Shown here: positions 19,748-28,499 of the stretch, one piece after another | How the letters are laid out: each line of letters starts with the position of its first letter | Position numbering within the stretch: the stretch's first letter is position 1 | Source of the DNA: an uncultured Oscillospiraceae bacterium | GTDB taxonomy: Bacteria > Bacillota > Clostridia > Oscillospirales > Oscillospiraceae | Assembly: GCA_934589225.1 (NCBI GenBank) | Contig: CAKTNS010000006.1 | Location: 809 to 64,808, forward strand | Direction of reading: 5' to 3' | Length of the DNA stretch: 64,000 nucleotides | Made by a program: the position numbers and the translations under genes | Notes under the pieces: model-generated | Database searches by the model: none | The model's input: only the letters and a program-made list of their open reading frames with translations | Told to the model about the DNA's origin: nothing

Positions 19748-21052
19748 TTATAAGGTAATGCCACACTTTTTTTCACCAATCATTGCTGTCATTATAAATA
19801 TTCGTGTATCAACATTATATTCCCAGCTAAAATCGCCATGGTAATTAGACAACACCTTTGACACGCTTTTTAACCCAAACCCATGGATTTTCTTATCTTC
19901 TTTGGAAGTAATCAATGATCCACCGTGGGTGCTGGGAGGCGTGTCGCAGCTGTTCACAACAACCAGGACACTGTATCCATTGCGCATGGTTGTTTCCAGC
20001 AGAATTGATTTCTGCTTGGAGTGTTCGGCGGATGTCAAGGCGTTGTCCATCAGATTCCCAAGGATCGCCACGAGGTCGATGTCCTCCATTTCTTTGAGGT
20101 TGCAGCTTCTTACATTATATTCAAAGTGAATCCCGCGATGGGCGCAATCCATGACATATTTATTTATCATAACATCCAGCATCATATTTCCGCTGTGGCA
20201 GTTCTTGGTGTAGCTTTTCAGCTGATCCGAGAGCTTAGCAATATACTCATTGATTGTGGGGTCATCGCTCAACGCCTGTATGGCTGCCAGGTGCTTTTTG
20301 GTGTCATGGGCATAAATGAGCAAATTCTGGTTCTGCTGCTCCAAAATATCAAAATGGGACTTTTCCGTTTGGAGCCTGTCGTACTCGGATTTCATGCGAA
20401 TGTATTCGCTGTTTGCCTCTACTTGATGCTGATAGGTGATAAACAGCAAAATCGTGGAACCGAAGATGATTAGGCTGGAAATGGCGAGAAGCAACTGCGT
20501 ATTGTAAGACGTACCACTTTGGACGCAGATGTACCAGAACATTCCCAGGCATACCGTAACGGATATGGGGTAGAAAAAGAGGTTTGATGGGATTTTTGCG
20601 TAAACCGTTTTGGGCTTTACGATGCCGGAGAGTACCAGGCTGGTGAGGAAGAACAGCGTCTTATTCATGGAACACTCCAGCATTAGCAGCGCATAGTTGG
20701 TGTTAAAGTCAGCCGGGCGCATGTGGGTAAACGCCGAGATAACAAAAACTACGATCAATTCCAGCGCAAAATTCAGCAGTTCCAGAATGATTGCATAGCA
20801 CACAGAAGGGAATAGTTTGATTTCAAAAAAGCTAAAGGCATAGAAAGCCTTTATGAAAATCGATACAATGTAATTGATCCATGGATTATTGTGAAAAGCC
20901 AGATTTAACAGGGAGCCAAGTTCAAAGAGAATCAAGCCGCCTATGAAACATATCCGCGAGGATACCCTTTTTTCGGAAATGCGGGAGTAAAATACATAGG
21001 TAATCAGCAGCTCAATTGCGTAGACCACGCAGGAGACAACAGGATTTAGCAT
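19748..21052 (-). CDS. agrC: AgrC-like membrane sensor histidine kinase (GHKL ATPase)
   Basis: About 6 TM helices, then H-box AHDTKKHLAAI, N-box ILGNLMDNAL and G-box HGFGLKSV. Confidence 0.75.
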   Translation of the reverse strand: MLNPVVSCVVYAIELLITYVFYSRISEKRVSSRICFIGGLILFELGSLLNLAFHNNPWINYIVSIFIKAFYAFSFFEIKLFPSVCYAIILELLNFALELIVVFVISAFTHMRPADFNTNYALLMLECSMNKTLFFLTSLVLSGIVKPKTVYAKIPSNLFFYPISVTVCLGMFWYICVQSGTSYNTQLLLAISSLIIFGSTILLFITYQHQVEANSEYIRMKSEYDRLQTEKSHFDILEQQNQNLLIYAHDTKKHLAAIQALSDDPTINEYIAKLSDQLKSYTKNCHSGNMMLDVMINKYVMDCAHRGIHFEYNVRSCNLKEMEDIDLVAILGNLMDNALTSAEHSKQKSILLETTMRNGYSVLVVVNSCDTPPSTHGGSLITSKEDKKIHGFGLKSVSKVLSNYHGDFSWEYNVDTRIFIMTAMIGEKKCGITL

Positions 21053-21054
21053 TT

Positions 21055-21753
21055 TTATTGCCTCCTCAGGTATTCAAACCAGTATTTGTGGAAGAGTGCC
21101 TGCTTCCGCGGGGCAATTGGAATTCTTGTATCGTCCGTTAGGTAAAGCTCAGAATAGGCATACTGTTTTACATAATGAAGGTTGACAAAATACGATTTGT
21201 GGACCAAGTAGAAGAAAAGCGGCGGCATTTTCTCGCACAGCTCGTCAAATCCCTCACGAATCGGCAGGGATTGGTACTTAGTTTTTACGAAAACCTTGCG
21301 GTTCGCCCGGGTGATGTACATGATATCATCAATGACAATTCTTTGCTGGGCATTGTCCCCATACAGGAAGATATCCACATACGCCCCGTCAATATATTCC
21401 ATGGCTTTGTCCAGCCCGGAATATAGCCGCCCGACGTCAAAGGGCTTCGAGAAGTAGCGCAGGGCCTGTAAATCCATGGCATCGTCCTGGTAATCGTCAT
21501 AGTTCGTAACAAAAAACAGGGCAATCTTTCGATTCCGGCGCTTTAGCTCCTTGGCGAGGGAGATACCGTCTATTTCCTCCATCTGGATATCCAGGAATGC
21601 CAGATCGAACCGTGTTTCAGATTCTAGGATTTCCTTTGGGGAAGTTATTGCCAATATCTCATAATTTATGAAGCGGCTATCCATGTACTGCTGAACATGC
21701 GCCTGGAGGGTATTCACATACTGAATCTCGTCATCGCATATCAATATCTTCAT
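21055..21753 (-). CDS. agrA: AgrA-like response regulator with a LytTR DNA-binding domain
   Basis: MKILICDDE receiver with DLAFLDIQM. C-terminal LytTR-like IMYITRANRKVFVKT...HKSYFVNLHYV. Confidence 0.8.
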   Translation of the reverse strand: MKILICDDEIQYVNTLQAHVQQYMDSRFINYEILAITSPKEILESETRFDLAFLDIQMEEIDGISLAKELKRRNRKIALFFVTNYDDYQDDAMDLQALRYFSKPFDVGRLYSGLDKAMEYIDGAYVDIFLYGDNAQQRIVIDDIMYITRANRKVFVKTKYQSLPIREGFDELCEKMPPLFFYLVHKSYFVNLHYVKQYAYSELYLTDDTRIPIAPRKQALFHKYWFEYLRRQ

Positions 21754-21763
21754 AAATATCACC

Positions 21764-21803
21764 TAAAAAATAGACTTGCCACATTTGCGGCAAGTCTATT
21801 TTA
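21764..21803 (-). terminator. Hairpin plus U-tract between the XRE gene and the response-regulator start
   Basis: atagacttgcc/ggcaagtctat stem. On the minus strand it is followed by ttttttAGGTGAtatttATG. Confidence 0.6.
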
Positions 21804-21892
21804 TCACTTTGGTGGTCAATCTTCAAGGTGAATACGCTCATGCGCAATCGGCAATTCTACATGATTTCCTTGCATTTTGTCAATCGAAGAAA

Positions 21893-22216
21893 TTATCCCC
21901 TATAGTTCGAACGTAAATACGTTTCCAAAAGCTCCTCAAGTAAATGCTGCTGCGATTCACTCAGGCGCATGACCAATTGTGTGAGTTCGTCCACATCATC
22001 AGAAACACGCCCAAGCAGATAATAATCAGGAGTGTTCCCTAGTTCCTTACATAGTTTGTAAAGGAAGGGAATGGTCGTATTATATTTCCCACATTCGATG
22101 CCGGACAAGTGATTTGGTGAACAACCAAGCTTTTCTGATAGCTGCTCTTGTGTAAGGTTGTGAGCGCTTCGTACTCTTGCAATTCGCTTCCCAATTTCTT
22201 TTTTATTATATTCCAT
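21893..22216 (-). CDS. XRE-family helix-turn-helix transcriptional regulator
   Basis: IGKRIARVRSAHNLTQEQLSEKLGCSPNHLSGIECGK, a classic HTH_3. Confidence 0.8.
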   Translation of the reverse strand: MEYNKKEIGKRIARVRSAHNLTQEQLSEKLGCSPNHLSGIECGKYNTTIPFLYKLCKELGNTPDYYLLGRVSDDVDELTQLVMRLSESQQHLLEELLETYLRSNYRG

Positions 22217-22436
22217 GAACTATCACCACTTCTCTAGTATATTACCATCTGTTCAAGGTGATAGGAACGATAAAAAGCAGAATATATCTGTATTTTATGT
22301 TGTTGTAGCTGAAAATATTTGATTATCTGTAAATTATGTACTTTCCGCAATTTGTCGAGATTTGTCTGCCTTTCTGCTTCACGCCTTGAAAATATTTTGC
22401 GTTTGTGGTAGGCTTCTGGCCGAGGAGGTGATAACC

Positions 22437-22586
22437 ATGAAAAACGGAAAGAACATCATTGCGAAGGCAGCAAAAAAGGCCGCTGAACGTGAGCTTCGCC
22501 GTGATGCGAACCAGACCAGCTGTGTTTTGTTCTATCAGCCCAAAGCACCCAACGGTCTGAACCGCTTCAAGAGTGGCAAGGTATGA
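22437..22586 (+). CDS. agrD: AgrD-like cyclic autoinducing peptide precursor (49 aa)
   Basis: GAGGAGG RBS. ...ANQTSCVLFYQPKAPNGL: Cys plus 4 residues followed by a QPxxP-type tail. Directly precedes and overlaps agrB. Confidence 0.65.
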   Translation: MKNGKNIIAKAAKKAAERELRRDANQTSCVLFYQPKAPNGLNRFKSGKV

Positions 22587-23170
22587 TTTCGGTAATCGCA
22601 GACCGCATTTCAGAGAAAATGCTGCATGAAGGATTGATCCTGGAGGAAGATCGTGAACTGTATCGATACGGCTTTTTCCTGCTCATTTCTAGGGGCATCT
22701 TCTTTGTGATTGCGGGCATAGCCGGTGCGTTTGTTGGAAATTTATGGGATAGTATTTTCTTTTACATCCTGTTTTCCTTCCTGCGTGGCTATGCCGGAGG
22801 TCTGCACGCCGACAGGGAGGCGGTGTGCTTATTTAGCACAACCGCTTCCTTGTTCCTTGCGGCCAAAATCATTTTTTGCTTAAAGTGCGGAAATTATGTC
22901 ATGTTCTCATGCTGCGTGCTTATTGTGAGTAGCCTCCTGGTTTCCTTCATAGCACCTTTGGATACGGACAGCAAACCGTTGAGCAAATTGGAAATTCGCT
23001 ATTACCGAAGAATCGTAAGACGATTGACACTGCTCATGAATTTGGGCTCTTTCGGCCTCCTTGCGGTAGGATATTCCCAATTTTTATTTATCAGCTGTCT
23101 CGTCACAGGTATGGAGGCGGCATTGTTGATTCTTGGAAAGATAAAAGGGACTTGTCACAGTGAAACATGA
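22583..23170 (+). CDS. agrB: AgrB-family AIP-processing membrane peptidase
   Basis: ELYRYGFFLLISRGIFFVI...FSFLRGYAGGLHADREAVCLF, the AgrB signature R-x-x-A-G-G-x-H ... C. Confidence 0.8.
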   Translation: MISVIADRISEKMLHEGLILEEDRELYRYGFFLLISRGIFFVIAGIAGAFVGNLWDSIFFYILFSFLRGYAGGLHADREAVCLFSTTASLFLAAKIIFCLKCGNYVMFSCCVLIVSSLLVSFIAPLDTDSKPLSKLEIRYYRRIVRRLTLLMNLGSFGLLAVGYSQFLFISCLVTGMEAALLILGKIKGTCHSET

Positions 23171-23428
23171 AAATCCGCTTTTCTGCATGAATTTCTTGCA
23201 GTTCTGCATGAGGGATTGAAATCATGGAATTGAGTTCATAGAATGCAGATAGATGAAATGGAAGAAATTTAGTTATTCTAAACTGGATATGAATTTGCCT
23301 GATCAGCGGTTCATAGATTCCCAAAATCAAAGGGAACGTGCACACCCAAAGATTTGCATTATGCTTATTATAGGCCATCAGTAATAATGGGAATGGGTTG
23401 ATGGAGAAAAGAGACAAAGGAGGAACTT

Positions 23429-23947
23429 ATGCGTTATATTAGGAAAACAATCACATTGCTTATGGCTGTAGTTATGCTGGTGTCCATGTTGGCAATTCCG
23501 ACATTTGCCATGGCAGAGTCTACGTATTTACGTGTAAAGGCGGCGGTTGCTGCATTTCCTGAAGTGTATTATTTGGTAAGTGGACAAAGAACCACTGTTC
23601 TCGCTCTACAGGCATATTTGATGAGATTCAATGACACCTGTAAAGGTAAACTCAAGTATGGTAATACATACATGGACGGTGAATATGGAGGATGTACGAA
23701 GAAGGCTGTTGCATGCGCACAGTCAGTTCTTGGCGTAAAAGCGGATGGCTGGTGTGGAAAAGATACATGGGGAGCTATTTCCGAAAGCCTTGTTCGCAAC
23801 GGAGATGGAGTATATCGACGTTACAGTACACATGGTAATTGCTATGTTGTGGCAGGGGGGAAGAGTGGATCTGGATCCGATGGATTGCCAACCCTGCATT
23901 ACCTCGACGAAGATAATGCTCCTGCTTTCATTGAGACACTAATTTAA
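23429..23947 (+). CDS. Secreted protein with a peptidoglycan-binding-like repeat
   Basis: Signal peptide MRYIRKTITLLMAVVMLVSMLAIPTFA. LQAYL...DGEYGGCTKKAVACAQSVLGVKADGWCGKDTW resembles PG_binding_1. Confidence 0.55.
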   Translation: MRYIRKTITLLMAVVMLVSMLAIPTFAMAESTYLRVKAAVAAFPEVYYLVSGQRTTVLALQAYLMRFNDTCKGKLKYGNTYMDGEYGGCTKKAVACAQSVLGVKADGWCGKDTWGAISESLVRNGDGVYRRYSTHGNCYVVAGGKSGSGSDGLPTLHYLDEDNAPAFIETLI

Positions 23948-24057
23948 TGTTCATTAATTTCTTGCGTTAAAAACAAACGACAGAGCCGTTACCCTAAAAA
24001 TCAAAATATCTCCAGTATACTCCCATGTATACTGGAGATTTAATAGGAGGTAGCAAA

Positions 24058-25524
24058 ATGTTTAAGTTAAAAAAGAGAAATTTTTTCGCAGCTATTTTGG
24101 CGTGCCTGATTTTGTGTGGCTGCCAAAAGGCTCCTCAAAGTAATACTGCAGAGAACACGTTCGCTACAGGTGCTATAGATAATAATGGTGTTCATCAGAC
24201 TCAGACCGTACCTAAAGAAGAAAAAGCAATCCACAGAGAGTTCACGAGCACAGATGGTTCAGTTCAGTTTGAAATGGATATAGAAACGGATGTAGCAGTT
24301 TCTACATTACCAGTGGTGAAGGTTCAGCCACACTACCTGACAGTAGAGGATGTACAACGTGTGGCATACGCATTATTTGACAATGTCGATTTCTATGAAA
24401 GAGAACCGTATGAGACTGCAACATACAGCAAAGCTGAAATTCAAAACAGGCTCAGTAACTGGTCCAAGTATGTGAGTACAGAAGAACTTCGGTCCCTTTA
24501 TGGAAGTGAAGATAATAGTTTTATTCAAAAACTTGTGCGTGATTATATACAGGACTATACGCTAAAAATGGAAAGCGCATCGAATGATAACCCACATGTG
24601 CGATGCAAATGGGAATTTAAGGAGGAGTCCAGATATACATTTTCTCCAGATAATATTGAGGCAGAACAATTAGCAGACGATAATAGTGCAATTATGGCAA
24701 ATTGCACTCAAAACGATATTCGGTACTGTTTCGATGCAGTAACTCGTAATAAAAATGATTATAAATTAAACATAATCTCCGTATATATTGATGGCTCCAA
24801 TAGCCCATTTGGAATTGATGAAGCTATAGCACGAGCGTCTCTATGTAGAACACAAAAGCCAGAGCAAACCAAGATTGACACCATTGCAGAAAAGGCGAAA
24901 AAAATACTGAACGAGGTAGCATTGGGTCAGTGGGAACTTGAGTCATGCACTTTGCGGACGGATATGATTGGCGATACCCCAGAATACTCCATTTGCATTA
25001 ATGCATTGCCAGTGTTGTCTGGCGGAAAGGCTGTTGACTCATCTCCATTTTTCAAATTAAAGGGCGAAGATGTCTACGCATCCAATTATTACCTGACAAG
25101 TGCGCAAATTGTCTTTGCTCCAGATGGAACATTGCTATCGTTTGAACTTACATCACCCATTGATATTATAGAAGTGAGTGAACAAGTCAATATTCTCAAT
25201 ACGTCCGATGAAATGATTAACCAGGGAATTAATCGTCTTTCCCTCACGGACTGCCTTGCTTTTTACACAGGAAATTCAAAAGATTTAGATGGTATTCCGA
25301 CATTGTGCAATGTAAATATCACAAGCGGATTCTATGGTTTAATCCGTACGAAGGTTATAAATCAGGAGAACGAATATCAGTATATTCCAAGTTTTGCTTT
25401 GACGGGGACATACGAAATTTCCAATAAAAACACTGGAGAGGTATATATGTATAAGGATATACCAGGAATCCTACTTGCGTTAGATGCCGCTGATGGCACG
25501 GTACTTATTGCACCTGGGGCATAA
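24058..25524 (+). CDS. Large lipoprotein, function unknown
   Basis: GGAGG RBS. MFKLKKRNFFAAILACLILCGCQ has a lipobox. No enzymatic motif recognised. Confidence 0.6.
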   Translation: MFKLKKRNFFAAILACLILCGCQKAPQSNTAENTFATGAIDNNGVHQTQTVPKEEKAIHREFTSTDGSVQFEMDIETDVAVSTLPVVKVQPHYLTVEDVQRVAYALFDNVDFYEREPYETATYSKAEIQNRLSNWSKYVSTEELRSLYGSEDNSFIQKLVRDYIQDYTLKMESASNDNPHVRCKWEFKEESRYTFSPDNIEAEQLADDNSAIMANCTQNDIRYCFDAVTRNKNDYKLNIISVYIDGSNSPFGIDEAIARASLCRTQKPEQTKIDTIAEKAKKILNEVALGQWELESCTLRTDMIGDTPEYSICINALPVLSGGKAVDSSPFFKLKGEDVYASNYYLTSAQIVFAPDGTLLSFELTSPIDIIEVSEQVNILNTSDEMINQGINRLSLTDCLAFYTGNSKDLDGIPTLCNVNITSGFYGLIRTKVINQENEYQYIPSFALTGTYEISNKNTGEVYMYKDIPGILLALDAADGTVLIAPGA

Positions 25525-25545
25525 TGTACAGAGATAAAAAGCACT

Positions 25546-26307
25546 ATGGAGTGCAAAATAATTAATGCGGCGTATGCCGGGATAAAAGAAACGGTAATTA
25601 TCAGGATTTTACTGCCAATCGTATCAATTGTTCTCCTTATATTTGCTGCGTCTACTAATACACTATTACAAATTTCTACATCATCTGCGCTTTTACCACA
25701 CAATTACCATGTGAAGTTGGTATTAAATGCGCTACATTCTGAAATTTTCAAAAGTTTCTTGCCAATTTTGACGGTATTACCTTTTTCACAAAGCTATGTG
25801 GATGACTTAAAAACAAAGTATATTTATTTCTGGCTGATAAGGACAAGCTATAAAACGTATTTATTTAGTCGAATGGTGGTATGCTTTGTGTATGGCGGAT
25901 TTGTAAGCGCAACTGGCAGTGGATTGGCATTGGGGATAGCCACTTTAATATTTTTGCCCATCGAAGGTATTAAGGAAGCGGAATTAAATGCGCTATCTCA
26001 ACTTGTTGAAATGATTATTTTAGTCTCTATTAATGGCGGTTTATGGGCAGTATGGGGTATGATTGGTAGTATATTTATGGAAAGTAAATATATTGCCTTT
26101 GCTACACCTTTTTCTACCTATTATCTGCTATTAATCCTATGTGAACGCTATTGTCCAAACGCCTTTTTTCTCTATCCATCTAATTGGTTGAATCCAGATA
26201 AGTGGATCTATGGCACGTTAAGTGCAGCGGTATTTATGCTAGAACTAACCACGATTTGCGGACTCTTTTTTGTCATTTTTGCGGGAAGAAGGTTACGGAA
26301 ACTATGA
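25546..26307 (+). CDS. ABC-2-type transporter membrane subunit
   Basis: Six hydrophobic helices. Translationally coupled to the next permease and the ATPase. Confidence 0.55.
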   Translation: MECKIINAAYAGIKETVIIRILLPIVSIVLLIFAASTNTLLQISTSSALLPHNYHVKLVLNALHSEIFKSFLPILTVLPFSQSYVDDLKTKYIYFWLIRTSYKTYLFSRMVVCFVYGGFVSATGSGLALGIATLIFLPIEGIKEAELNALSQLVEMIILVSINGGLWAVWGMIGSIFMESKYIAFATPFSTYYLLLILCERYCPNAFFLYPSNWLNPDKWIYGTLSAAVFMLELTTICGLFFVIFAGRRLRKL

Positions 26308-27200
26308 AAAATAGATGGCCAATCTTTTCTATCACCACCTATAACTTCCGTCTCTGGCGCGCCAACCCCCGCATTATCGTCACCTTCGCCCTGACCTTTA
26401 TTATGAGCTTCCTCCTGACAGACAAAGCCGTCCGTTTCGCCATCGACCACAACACCACTATGCAGATGGTAGAATCCTTTATCTGGAGCTTCGGTGACAG
26501 CAATTCTATTCTTTTATCCTCGGTGCTGCTGGTACTGCTCTTTGCGGACATGCCGTTCCTGTCCTCCGGGACCCCCTTTTACCTGGTGCGGACAGACCGG
26601 AGGACCTGGATCACAGGACAAGTTGTGTACATCCTGGCAGCTACTACGATCTACCTGATCTTTGTGCTGGCAAGTACCGTAATACTTTCCATTCAGCAGT
26701 CCTTCGCTGCCAATATGTGGAGCCCCACAGCGGCAATCCTCGGCTATACCAATGCTGGTGAGCGTGTAGCAATTCCGGCATTGGTCAAAACGCTGGAAAT
26801 GAGCTGGCCTTATCAGAGCATGATTTCCATTTTCGGTCTCATGCTGGGTTACACTTCCGTCATGGTGCTGCTGATGCTGGCCTGCAACCTGCGGTTCGGG
26901 CAGATTGCGGGGGTGGTCAGTGTGCTGGTGTTCAGTCTTTACGGAATCCTCATGCAGCCGGATACCATTCAGCTTATTCTAAAGCTGCCGGATGAAGCCT
27001 ACTACATTGCCAATGTCATTATCGGGTGGCTGTCTCCACTGAACCAGGCCACATACCATATGCACAATTTTGGCTACGACAAACTGCCCCGGCTGTGGCA
27101 GTCCTATTGTATTTTTATTGGCTTGTCCGTGATCTTGCATTTTGCCTCTATCCGGGCAGCCAAGCGGTACAATTTCAGCTTCACAGGAACGGAGGGGTGA
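26304..27200 (+). CDS. ABC-2-type transporter membrane subunit (second)
   Basis: ATG overlaps the upstream stop. Multi-TM protein immediately upstream of the NBD gene. Confidence 0.55.
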   Translation: MKNRWPIFSITTYNFRLWRANPRIIVTFALTFIMSFLLTDKAVRFAIDHNTTMQMVESFIWSFGDSNSILLSSVLLVLLFADMPFLSSGTPFYLVRTDRRTWITGQVVYILAATTIYLIFVLASTVILSIQQSFAANMWSPTAAILGYTNAGERVAIPALVKTLEMSWPYQSMISIFGLMLGYTSVMVLLMLACNLRFGQIAGVVSVLVFSLYGILMQPDTIQLILKLPDEAYYIANVIIGWLSPLNQATYHMHNFGYDKLPRLWQSYCIFIGLSVILHFASIRAAKRYNFSFTGTEG

Positions 27201-27203
27201 GCT

Positions 27204-27845
27204 ATGGAAAACGTGATTGAAGTATGTGATGTCAATAAATACTTTGGGGAAGAACACGTTCTAAAAAGCGTTTCCCACTCCTTTGAAAAGGGAAAAATTC
27301 ACGGAATTGTGGGCAACAACGGTTCCGGGAAAACTGTCCTGATGAAATGTATCTGCGGCTTTTTGAAGCCGGACAGCGGTGTGATCTATGTCAACCACAA
27401 ACAGGTGGGGAAGGAAACGGATTTCCCGGAGGATATCGGCATTATCATTGAAACACCGGGATTCCTACCCCACCTGTCTGGAACCCAGAATCTAAAGATT
27501 CTGGCCTCGCTGCAAAAAAAGGCAAATGCCTTGACCATCCGGGCCGTTCTGGAACAGGTAGGGCTGGACCCGGATATGAAGAAGCCAGTGGGAAAGTATT
27601 CTCTGGGAATGCGGCAGCGTTTGGGCTTTGCCCAGGCATTGATGGAGGACCCCAGTCTGCTGATCCTGGACGAACCTTTTAACGGCCTGGATAAGCACGG
27701 TGTGGTACATATCCGAAACGTCATTAAGGGCCTCCGGGAAGAGGGGAAAACCGTGATCCTGGCAAGCCACAACCAGGTGGATATTGACGAACTCTGCGAT
27801 ACGGTCTGCGAAATGGATGCTGGCGTTTTGACGGTGGTGCGGTAA
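27204..27845 (+). CDS. ABC transporter ATP-binding protein (intact)
   Basis: Walker A GNNGSGKT, signature YSLGMRQR, Walker B LLILDEPFNGLD, H-loop ASHN. Confidence 0.85.
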   Translation: MENVIEVCDVNKYFGEEHVLKSVSHSFEKGKIHGIVGNNGSGKTVLMKCICGFLKPDSGVIYVNHKQVGKETDFPEDIGIIIETPGFLPHLSGTQNLKILASLQKKANALTIRAVLEQVGLDPDMKKPVGKYSLGMRQRLGFAQALMEDPSLLILDEPFNGLDKHGVVHIRNVIKGLREEGKTVILASHNQVDIDELCDTVCEMDAGVLTVVR

Positions 27846-28483
27846 TGGGACATTTGATAGAAGCAAGCTTTATCCCGGATTTGCGAAGCGCAGGCAATCT
27901 GGAACGGATGCTGACATTTGAAGCCGATGCTGGGGATACCATTTTCATAAACAGTTCGCCAAAACGGTGTGAGCTGTTCTTTGAAGCCCTTTGCGGCCTG
28001 CGAAAGCCGGATGCGGGAACGGTTCTTATCAATGGTGTTGACCTGTACGCACTGACACCAGGCCAGGGGGCTGCCTTCCGGCAGGAAAATATTGGGGCAA
28101 TTCCGCAAGGCTTGGGGTGGATTCCGGAGCTGCGGATGATCGACCAAATCGTGTTTCCAATGCGCTTGGCGGGCATTGAGAATGCGGAGATTCTAAGGGC
28201 GGTAAAGGCACTGACCTCGGAGCTTCTGCCGCTGTACGACCTTTACAATACGCCGGGAAGATGCTCGGCCAGGAAGCAGGCCCATGGGGCGATTTTGCGA
28301 GCTGTGATATGTAAACCGAAAGTGCTGGTGTTCCACGGATTCTTGGATGATTTGCCGGGCCTGGACACGGATACGCTATGGCGGGTCTTGTGGACGCTTC
28401 ACCCGGAAAACAGCGTGTTGATTTATCTCAGCGGTGCCCCGGCCCCAAAGCAAGTACAGTGGACACGAGAACTGCGTGTGTAA
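27845..28483 (+). CDS. ABC NBD-like protein with all catalytic motifs degenerate
   Basis: FtsE/MacB-like scaffold (TVLINGVDL, FRQENIGAIPQ, PKVLVFHGFLDDL) but Walker A is NSSPKRCE, the signature is CSARKQ and Walker B is LVFHGF. Confidence 0.6.
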   Translation: MGHLIEASFIPDLRSAGNLERMLTFEADAGDTIFINSSPKRCELFFEALCGLRKPDAGTVLINGVDLYALTPGQGAAFRQENIGAIPQGLGWIPELRMIDQIVFPMRLAGIENAEILRAVKALTSELLPLYDLYNTPGRCSARKQAHGAILRAVICKPKVLVFHGFLDDLPGLDTDTLWRVLWTLHPENSVLIYLSGAPAPKQVQWTRELRV

Positions 28484-28499
28484 GGATGGAGGAAAAGAA

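Noticed and set aside
23103-23417. 104-codon minus-strand ORF between agrB and the PG-binding protein gene.
   Set aside because: It overlaps the agrB 3' end and has no RBS, no motif and an odd composition. It is more likely an intergenic promoter region for the downstream genes.
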